Positions 29,410-35,966 of a stretch of 35,966 bases of DNA are shown piece by piece. A model generated the notes under the pieces. The model saw only the letters and a list, made by a program, of their open reading frames with translations. It ran no database searches and was not told where the DNA came from. Positions within the stretch are counted from its first letter, which is position 1. Each line of letters begins with the position of its first letter. The stretch lies in the IMG/VR virus record IMGVR_UViG_3300021957_000133, positions 1 through 35,966 of that record; one strand, written 5' to 3'. The position numbers and the translations under genes were made by a program. Source of the DNA: a virus. Its lineage: Duplodnaviria > Caudoviricetes.

Positions 29410-31254
29410 TTACAACCGTCTTATTGCTATCTTATTAGTAATATTAGCAATATCATAAAAATATGCATACTCAAAATCTGCTAATTGGTAGTTAAGAGAT
29501 TGAATAGCTCTATCACTATCTTTATAATCTGGATTCCAAACAACAAAGCTTAAATTAGGAATCTCTGCATCACCATTAACTGTGTGTAGTTCTGTTACTC
29601 CTTGAATATTAAGTATATCATTAGTCATAGAAGCTACATTAATAATATCCCCAAGTTGTAGTTTACTAAAGTAATTATTAAGTATAGTTGAAACAGCACT
29701 TTTTATGGCTCCGTTATTAGAAGCTTGATTCTTATCAACAGTAACACGTATTAAACTAGCTTGTACGATTTCATCAACACTATCACTGTCACCAAAGCTA
29801 GCTATCTCTGTATTAGAAACACCAAACGCAAATGCTTTAAATAAAGCATCAGTCACAACAACATTATGTGTTATGTCCTTTTTATTGTTGCAAAAATCAG
29901 CAATAATTTGTTTTTGAGCAGCATTAAGATATTTTGGTGATAAACTATTTAATGTAGGATCTCCACTAGGCACTGTATAGATATAAACATTGTTAAAGCT
30001 AGTAGAAGTAGAAAACTGAACTTGAGAGAATAGCATACGCGCATCATCATTACCTTGACCGAGACCTTGTTCAGTGTAATATCCTAATACTCTAGATGTA
30101 AACTCATCATTAGATAGAACCTTAACATCTTTAGTTATATTATTAAAATTCCTATTAACTTGATATTCGTAATCTTCTTTAGTAACAAGCCTGTTTTGCG
30201 AAGCGAATACTTTAGGTGCGTTAGTTTTAATATCATCTGTAGTCTCTGCCTTCTTTGGTGGTAAAGTACTATTATTATTATTTACTGTTACATTAGCAAC
30301 TTCTGTTGAAGTAATTAAATTTTGATCTTCGCTATATAGTACACTCTTAATGGCTTCAAAATTAGTTGAACCGTATAGGTTAAAAGCGGCGTTAGCCAGA
30401 GTATTAGGACCTGTTATACCGGCTTCGTTATCAGAGATTACATAGAATATGAGTATAGTATCATCACTTTCTAGCTGCTTACCATTTAAATTATTACCAA
30501 ATTTAAACTCATAATTACCAGATGAATTCAAACGCTTTTCATAACTCTTACTTTCAGCAGATTCAAGAAACAAAGAAGCGCATTCATACCACTCAGACCA
30601 AACACCAGTTACAGCGTTCTTAACAAATATATTAAATGCATTATCTGAAATAAACGTAGCACTATCTAAATTTGTTACACTTTTTACTAGCTGTGGGGAT
30701 GTAAAGCTATCAACAAGAGTTATATTCTCATATGGTTCACCAGTTGCTGTAAAGATAGTTTCATTAACTGCTCCTTGGTAGAGGGTGTTGTTTGACGGTG
30801 CTACTGCTTCGAGTGTAGTATTTGTTGTCTTTTGGAAAGTTGTATCTTCTATTGTAACAAAAGAAATACCTCCAGCTACTACGGAGCTAAACCTTGGTAT
30901 AGTATATACATCTGTAGGTATATTAGCAGCAGATAAATTAAAATTAAGTAGAGCTGTTTGATCGCCAAGAGGTTTGTATCCAATATTAGATACAAGCTTG
31001 TTCATATTCTCATAAATAGTAGCAGTATTAAACGTAGACTCGTTGGATGTAGTATTAAGCTGGAAAAGCAATACATGATACATATAAGCTACTACATCGA
31101 TGAATGCACTAAAGTTAGAACCTTCGAAGTTCTGATCTGTAAACGTTTCATTCTCATTTAACCTCTCAATAATTAGACTCTTAAGAGTATCTGCATCAAA
31201 GGTGAGATATGCGTTTTTAGGAAGTTTGTAATCTGTAAAGTCTTGTAAGCTCAT
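29410..31254 (-). CDS. gp6: T4 gp6-like baseplate wedge subunit
   Basis: FDADTLK, FTDQNFEGSN..AFIDVVAY, NESTFNTA, IGYKP, YEFKFGN..NGK, ET..DIK.NAP..FASQNRLVTKEDY. Confidence 0.92.
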   Translation of the reverse strand: MSLQDFTDYKLPKNAYLTFDADTLKSLIIERLNENETFTDQNFEGSNFSAFIDVVAYMYHVLLFQLNTTSNESTFNTATIYENMNKLVSNIGYKPLGDQTALLNFNLSAANIPTDVYTIPRFSSVVAGGISFVTIEDTTFQKTTNTTLEAVAPSNNTLYQGAVNETIFTATGEPYENITLVDSFTSPQLVKSVTNLDSATFISDNAFNIFVKNAVTGVWSEWYECASLFLESAESKSYEKRLNSSGNYEFKFGNNLNGKQLESDDTILIFYVISDNEAGITGPNTLANAAFNLYGSTNFEAIKSVLYSEDQNLITSTEVANVTVNNNNSTLPPKKAETTDDIKTNAPKVFASQNRLVTKEDYEYQVNRNFNNITKDVKVLSNDEFTSRVLGYYTEQGLGQGNDDARMLFSQVQFSTSTSFNNVYIYTVPSGDPTLNSLSPKYLNAAQKQIIADFCNNKKDITHNVVVTDALFKAFAFGVSNTEIASFGDSDSVDEIVQASLIRVTVDKNQASNNGAIKSAVSTILNNYFSKLQLGDIINVASMTNDILNIQGVTELHTVNGDAEIPNLSFVVWNPDYKDSDRAIQSLNYQLADFEYAYFYDIANITNKIAIRRL

Positions 31255-31277
31255 ATTATACTACGTTATTATTTAAT

Positions 31278-31763
31278 CTACACCGCTACATACCCATCTC
31301 GGTTAAGAGTAGCATTTAGAGTTAAATTATAGATATCTAGGTTAGGAATACTAAAAGTAATGTCGATAATATACTCACCTTGATCAGGATTCTCAGTAAT
31401 TGTTAATTTATTAAGAGTTACACGAGGTTCTTGAATACCTAGGTTATTATAAATGTAGTAGCCTAAAAAGTAAGATGTTGTCGAGTTAATAGGCTCAAAA
31501 AGATAACTTCTAAAATCAAGACCTAACAATGGGTTAAGTAACTTTTGACCTGGAGTTGTTGTAAGAATATTCTTAATAGAATTAATAACAGCTTGACCAT
31601 CCTGAATTTCATCTAAATCTTTAAGCTCACTCGTACCATAGAGCTCTGATTTAGTAAATCGACTAGTCTTGAGATCGAACTTTATATCTTTATATAGATA
31701 CCCACTCTCAAGTGATTTCTTTTCACTAGCTGGGATCTGTAAATTATCTAACCTTACTGCCAT
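31278..31763 (-). CDS. gp25: T4 gp25-like baseplate wedge / sheath initiator
   Basis: YKDI..DL, AVINSIKNILTTTPGQKLLNP.LG...YLFEP, EPRV. Confidence 0.92.
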   Translation of the reverse strand: MAVRLDNLQIPASEKKSLESGYLYKDIKFDLKTSRFTKSELYGTSELKDLDEIQDGQAVINSIKNILTTTPGQKLLNPLLGLDFRSYLFEPINSTTSYFLGYYIYNNLGIQEPRVTLNKLTITENPDQGEYIIDITFSIPNLDIYNLTLNATLNRDGYVAV

Positions 31764-31771
31764 AAAATGTG

Positions 31772-31799
31772 TATAAATATTTATATGAGTGACTAAATA
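31772..31799. promoter_or_regulatory. Divergent late promoters; palindrome TATAAATATTTATA reads TATAAATA on both strands
   Basis: Palindrome 31772-31785; further ACTAAATA 31792-31799, 5 nt before ATG 31805; TATAAATA is the T4 gp55 late consensus. Confidence 0.75.
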
Positions 31800-31804
31800 A
31801 TAGT

Positions 31805-32329
31805 ATGGCTAAATCGAACAAATTCACAACTCTTTTAGAGTCTTACATGAAACGCTACGAGCGTGGGGGTTTTCTCGTAGGAGATGTATTCAAGTTTAAT
31901 GATAACTTTAAAAGCGATGATGCATATAAAGATCTTGCTGATAATGTCAAAGAGAATATTGACTCGATGATTGATTCAGGACTTCATATTCGTGTTATTA
32001 ATATTAAAGACACTTCACCTGCAAGGTATCCTGCATCTGATCAAACATCCTCACTCGATGTTGTACTTGATATTGCACTTGATACAGGTGGCGGTCGTTA
32101 CACAGATCAATGCTCTATTCCTTGTTGTCTTGGTAGTTGTGAGCAATATGCTCCTAATTTACTTCCTATTCCAGATGGGCAGCGCCGTAAGAGTAAAGTC
32201 ACTATTAAGCCTGAAGAGGTTGATGAGAGTGAAGAGAATCCAGCTAACTATACTGATAGGGGAGATGGTAAGCTTACTCTCACAGGATTATCTCTTAAGA
32301 AAGAAAGCTACACTCAACAGTATCTTTAA
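31805..32329 (+). CDS. Hypothetical late protein, 174 aa
   Basis: ORF with TAAATA box; N-terminus KFTTLLE. Confidence 0.75.
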   Translation: MAKSNKFTTLLESYMKRYERGGFLVGDVFKFNDNFKSDDAYKDLADNVKENIDSMIDSGLHIRVINIKDTSPARYPASDQTSSLDVVLDIALDTGGGRYTDQCSIPCCLGSCEQYAPNLLPIPDGQRRKSKVTIKPEEVDESEENPANYTDRGDGKLTLTGLSLKKESYTQQYL

Positions 32330-32475
32330 TGGCATATACAATAGTTGATACTACTAACCTACCTTTAACAGCAGGAGGTGAGGCACCTCCATTTAAGATA
32401 TTAGACTCTTCTGATCAATGGGTATTTTCCACCTGTACAGAAGAGGAAGCACAGGAGTGGATTGACGAACAATAA
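32329..32475 (+). CDS. Small acidic protein, 48 aa (not in ORF track)
   Basis: MAYTIVDTTNLPLTAGGEAPPFKILDSSDQWVFSTCTEEEAQEWIDEQ; TAATG coupling at both ends. Confidence 0.7.
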   Translation: MAYTIVDTTNLPLTAGGEAPPFKILDSSDQWVFSTCTEEEAQEWIDEQ

Positions 32476-32639
32476 TGCCTAAAGAAGTTGCTACAACGAA
32501 GTGGTGCCCTGTTTGTCATAGTTCGCAAAAGATAAAGGGGTTTCGCTCGTTCTATTGTTACGATTGTTGGAAAGCAGCCGGAAAGCCTAAAATAGAGCCA
32601 TTATTTAAGGCAATGGATAAAGCTAAAGGTAAGAAGTAA
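32475..32639 (+). CDS. Small basic Zn-finger protein, 54 aa (not in ORF track)
   Basis: MPKEVATTKWCPVCHSSQKIKGFRSFYCYDCWKAAGKPK...; CxxC-x13-CxxC; abuts the convergent gene exactly. Confidence 0.7.
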   Translation: MPKEVATTKWCPVCHSSQKIKGFRSFYCYDCWKAAGKPKIEPLFKAMDKAKGKK

Positions 32640-32897
32640 TTACTTCTTTTTCTTCCAGCTCTTTCTAGCTGGACCCCTCTTCTTGTATTTCTTGTTTTTA
32701 ATCTTCTTACAAGCTGCATGAGTTGGTCTACAAGCCGGGTATGAAGCGCCTTTTTTTCCAGCCTTCTTACGTCCGCAAGGACCACCAGTCTTGCAGTTTA
32801 CCCAACCTTTAAACTTCTTACCAGTCTTCTTATCGGTACGAGTCTTGAACCAATCTCTTAGGTTCTCACTCAATTGTAACGTCTCTTGTTGAGTCAT
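32640..32897 (-). CDS. Very basic Cys-containing small protein, 85 aa
   Basis: ENLRDWF...GWVNCKTGGPCGR...YPACRP; coupled to the upstream gene. Confidence 0.75.
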   Translation of the reverse strand: MTQQETLQLSENLRDWFKTRTDKKTGKKFKGWVNCKTGGPCGRKKAGKKGASYPACRPTHAACKKIKNKKYKKRGPARKSWKKKK

Positions 32898-33790
32898 TAC
32901 TTAATCTTACCTCCACGGTTTACACATTTCTGAACATATCCAGAAGCATAAGCAGAAGGCCATACGTCATACTTACGCTTTGCTTTAGCTTGACATTTTG
33001 CACGAGTCTTTGAGACTTTCTTTTCTGCATCTTCCTCACCCTCAGACTTCTTCCTACCTCCTTTCATATTGGCACACCAGTGATACATCTTACCTTTCTC
33101 TCCACCGTACTTCTTAGCCATCTTACGAAGTTTTGTCACTGAACCCTTACAACTAGCACCAGAACGCTTAACTCGTCCTGGGCTGCTCTCCGCATCTTCT
33201 TGATATGAACCCTTAACAAATTTAATACCTTTCTTTAATTGACCATCTGTTGCGAAGTTAGCAACCTCCAATGCAGACTTACCAGCTAACTTAGCAGTAC
33301 CTAATGCAGCCTTACCAGCTAACTTTAACGCCCCCATACCAACCTTCTTGGCAGTCTCGTTATCTTCCACCTGATCCATTGGTACTATATCTAACTCTAA
33401 CCCTTCGAGAGGTATCCTTCTTGTTTGACCATTCGCAGCTGTAACTGTTAGATTTTGATCATCATGAGCAAGATAATATAATGTTTCACCATTATAAACT
33501 ATTGGATATCCTAAATCTTCTTCTACCTCATTTTTAAGATCTGCGATATTGTTAATAATAGCTTTAACCTCTTCAGGGTCCATATCTTTTTTAATTGAAA
33601 TAGGCTTTGTTAGTTTAACCTTACCATCAGAACCTCTTTTAAACTCATCCAATAAAGCACCTACGCCTGCTGTTGCTTTAGGAGCTATATCTTTAGCTAC
33701 TGCACCTGCTACCCCTTTAGCTACATCAAACAAACCTTCTTCTACGATATACTCGTTAAGCACTTTTTTATATAGCTCGTCAAACTGCAT
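32897..33790 (-). CDS. Modular late protein (start ATG 33790), acidic N-terminal half and two basic Cys modules
   Basis: TATAAATA 5 nt upstream; modules GASCKGS...YHWCANMKGG and AKCQAKAKRKYDVWPSAYASGYVQKC. Confidence 0.75.
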   Translation of the reverse strand: MQFDELYKKVLNEYIVEEGLFDVAKGVAGAVAKDIAPKATAGVGALLDEFKRGSDGKVKLTKPISIKKDMDPEEVKAIINNIADLKNEVEEDLGYPIVYNGETLYYLAHDDQNLTVTAANGQTRRIPLEGLELDIVPMDQVEDNETAKKVGMGALKLAGKAALGTAKLAGKSALEVANFATDGQLKKGIKFVKGSYQEDAESSPGRVKRSGASCKGSVTKLRKMAKKYGGEKGKMYHWCANMKGGRKKSEGEEDAEKKVSKTRAKCQAKAKRKYDVWPSAYASGYVQKCVNRGGKIK

Positions 33791-33795
33791 ATGTA

Positions 33796-33851
33796 TATTT
33801 ATATTAAAGAGAGCGAAATTCCCTTTATTTTTAGTACCTTTGATATAAATA
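33796..33851. promoter_or_regulatory. Divergent pair of perfect TATAAATA late promoters
   Basis: Minus 33796-33803 and plus 33844-33851, each exactly 5 nt before an ATG. Confidence 0.8.
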
Positions 33852-33856
33852 CTAAT

Positions 33857-34285
33857 ATGGCTAAACACAATACCAATTTTGGAAAAGATTTAAAAAATCT
33901 TTCAGATCTGGCGTTCTCGGTCCTTAATGAGAATACCAATGAAGTTATTAATGGCGGAGCTGCTTATAAGGGTGGTGATATCGACCACGATTGAGCGTCT
34001 CATATTAAAGCTCCTCCGTTTGGGGAGTCAATTAAGAAGATCCTTCACCACAATCTTACTGAGGAAGGTATTGTTGAAGAATATTACGTAGAGCACAACG
34101 GCAAACTCGTTGGCCTTTTAGCTGAAGATGTTGAGGTTATCCGTGAAGAAGGTCATCCTCCAGCGAAATCATCAGATGAGGAAGATGATGATGATGAAAA
34201 GAAAGAGCATGAAGGTGAAGAAGACGAAGAAAGCACAGCCCATGGTGCACGTCCTAAACTTATCGGAGTACCTATCCTTAGGTAA
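33857..34285 (+). CDS. Putative selenoprotein, 142 aa, in-frame TGA at codon 46 (33992-33994)
   Basis: 45 codons, TGA, then 96 sense codons in the same frame with no ATG/GTG/TTG; SECIS-like hairpin just downstream; fills the gap to the clamp loader gene. Confidence 0.7.
34005..34035 (+). promoter_or_regulatory. Bacterial SECIS-like stem-loop
   Basis: GCUCC-U(bulge)-CC [GUUU] GG-GGAGU at 34010-34028 with optional lower UUAA/UUAA stem; 23 nt between UGA and the G-initiated apical loop. Confidence 0.6.
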
Positions 34286-35201
34286 TAGCTTTCTCAAGTG
34301 ATACTAGACATGCAAATGCATTAATCTCTTTATCTACTATAAAAGCACTCTTATAGAGATGATCGGCAATTATGACGATCATCTCTTTCTTTTTCATATC
34401 AGGTAAATCTTGCTCATATAGAAAGTCGAGGAAGTTAGCTAATAGAGTGTCGTAATCACCTTGAAACCTATCCTCATTCTCAATAAGATACTTACGTAAT
34501 CCTAGAGAGTTAGTCCTAACACCTTGCATAACTTTAGCCAATAGCTCGTTATCACTAGCATTAGAGTCAATACATAGCTCACCATCTACAATAGACTTTT
34601 GAATCTCATTGATAGTCTTACGAAGATCAGGGAAATGCTTCTTAACTAAGATAACAAACTTCTTCTTCTGCTCTTCACTTACCTTTACATTCTCTAGTCT
34701 AAGGATATTAAAGCATCGCTTAGCAGCTTGATCTACAACCGGTTTAAGGTCTAATGACTGACATCTGGATTGAAGAGCAGGAATAATCTTATGCTTATAG
34801 TTAGCAGTAAGAATAAACCTACAATACTTAGCATACGTCTCCATAGTATTACGAAGAGCAGCTTGAGCTTGAGGAGTTAATCCATCCGCCTCATCGAGGA
34901 TAACTACTTTGATACCACCATCGAATGATTTAGTTTGAGCAAAGTTAGTAATATTATGACGAATGACATCAATACCAGATTCATCAGAAGCATTAATGTA
35001 TAAGAAGTTACATCCAAGTATATCATTAACAATAATCCTAGCAAGAGTAGTCTTACCTGTACCAGGGCTTCCAACAAACAACAAGTTAGGAATCTCATCC
35101 TCAAATTGCTTAACAACACGTAAAGACTTATCATCTAAGATAAGATCATCTAGCTTATGAGGACGATACTTCTCTACCCAAATCTTATCGAAATCAACCA
35201 T
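34278..35201 (-). CDS. gp44: T4 gp44-like / RFC small-subunit clamp loader AAA+ ATPase
   Basis: WVEKYRP, GSPGTGKTT, INASDE, ILDEADG, SRC, PDLRK motifs. Confidence 0.93.
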   Translation of the reverse strand: MVDFDKIWVEKYRPHKLDDLILDDKSLRVVKQFEDEIPNLLFVGSPGTGKTTLARIIVNDILGCNFLYINASDESGIDVIRHNITNFAQTKSFDGGIKVVILDEADGLTPQAQAALRNTMETYAKYCRFILTANYKHKIIPALQSRCQSLDLKPVVDQAAKRCFNILRLENVKVSEEQKKKFVILVKKHFPDLRKTINEIQKSIVDGELCIDSNASDNELLAKVMQGVRTNSLGLRKYLIENEDRFQGDYDTLLANFLDFLYEQDLPDMKKKEMIVIIADHLYKSAFIVDKEINAFACLVSLEKAIT

Positions 35202-35203
35202 AA

Positions 35204-35626
35204 TTACTTACCTGATGAGCCAAAGCCCTTTTCACCACGATCTGATTCAACTGCAGAGCCTTCACTCACCTCAACAGGGAAGTTAGCATATACAACAAAC
35301 TGCGCAATACGATCACCAGCCTTACCTTCATAGTCTTTATCAGTAAGGTTGTAGAGCTTAATACCAGCATCACCTCGATAGCCTTGATCAATGATACCAG
35401 GATGAGGCATAATGCCATGCTTAAAGCCAAGACCTGAACGACCTTCTACTTTAACCCAGTAACCAGGTTCAATAAAGGCAAACTTAAGTCCTACACCAAC
35501 AACAGTAGAGCCACCAGCAGGAATAGTAAAGTCTTCAATACAAGTAACATCCATACCTGTATCACTATCATGATTCTTACCAGGTAGTACAGCGTCTACA
35601 TGGGTCTTTTCAAATTGTAACTTCAT
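35204..35626 (-). CDS. dut: Trimeric dUTPase (start ATG 35626)
   Basis: TGMD, GRSG, GIIDQGYRG, GDRIAQ, RGEKGFGSSG motifs. Confidence 0.95.
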   Translation of the reverse strand: MKLQFEKTHVDAVLPGKNHDSDTGMDVTCIEDFTIPAGGSTVVGVGLKFAFIEPGYWVKVEGRSGLGFKHGIMPHPGIIDQGYRGDAGIKLYNLTDKDYEGKAGDRIAQFVVYANFPVEVSEGSAVESDRGEKGFGSSGK

Positions 35627-35634
35627 ATATACAT

Positions 35635-35677
35635 ATAATACTATAGGTATTGCAAAAATCAACTGTATCATTAAATA
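35635..35677. promoter_or_regulatory. Divergent promoters: minus TTGATT-N16-TATTAT (dUTPase) and plus TAAATA
   Basis: Minus boxes 35657-35662 and 35635-35640; plus box 35672-35677, 5 nt before ATG 35683. Confidence 0.6.
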
Positions 35678-35682
35678 TGTAT

Positions 35683-35966
35683 ATGGACGAAGTTAATAAT
35701 GAGATTGATGATGCGGTAGACGACATCTTAACTCAGCTTAAAACCCAAAATCATTCTATTACTAAAGAGGAAAAGCAAGAAGCTACTCTTGAAGTAGAGG
35801 ATATTGAGGAGTTTCTATTAAAGCGTACTGCCACTCTTGTTGATGTATCTCTTAATAATGTTAAAGAACATTCTGACTATATTTCTTCTGCACCAGAAGC
35901 TAGAGATGCAGAGGCTAACGCAGCTCTCCTTAAGGCTGCCACTGGGGCAATAGAAACACTACAGAA
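35683..35966 (+). CDS. 3'-truncated helical protein, possibly T4 gp16-like small terminase
   Basis: MDEVNNEIDDAVDDIL...EDIEEFL...SAPEARDAEA.AALLKA...IETLQ; helical pattern recalls gp16; late-type box upstream. Confidence 0.4.
   Translation, partial: MDEVNNEIDDAVDDILTQLKTQNHSITKEEKQEATLEVEDIEEFLLKRTATLVDVSLNNVKEHSDYISSAPEARDAEANAALLKAATGAIETLQ

Noticed and set aside
33791-33994. ORF-track 67-aa protein starting at 33791
   Set aside because: First 22 codons span the divergent promoter region; ATG 33857 fits the promoter spacing and the frame continues past the TGA
1-35966. Genome-wide TGA reassignment (code 4/25) as the explanation for the 33992 TGA
   Set aside because: Complete genes end at TGA (1152, 4448, 6046, minus 18245, minus 23656), Trp is encoded by TGG, and no other gene is fragmented under the standard code

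Overview
AT-rich, densely coding fragment of a large T4-like (myovirus-type) phage genome; no host housekeeping operons are visible. 1-7967 (+): DNA replication module with gp41-like helicase (5'-truncated), DHH phosphoesterase, probable gp59 loader, gp32 SSB, gp45 clamp, RNase H/5'-3' exonuclease and gp61 primase. 7964-10736: small hypothetical, membrane and lipoprotein genes, tRNA-Asn(GTT), an outer-membrane beta-barrel gene and a palindromic terminator. 10740-31763 (-): about 21 kb of tail-fibre/baseplate genes ending in gp6 and gp25. 31805-35966: small late genes, gp44-like clamp loader, dUTPase and a truncated probable small terminase. Best candidate for something new: a late gene at 33857-34285 with one in-frame TGA (context HD*ASH), followed by a bacterial-SECIS-like hairpin and 96 more sense codons with no alternative start, i.e. 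a probable phage-encoded selenoprotein. Also notable: promoter boxes sit so close to start codons that most mRNAs would be near-leaderless; hairpins enclose internal late promoters and cover the start codon; and an L-S-[A/G/S] tripeptide is strongly enriched only in virion proteins. All family assignments come from motif recognition by eye, without database searches.
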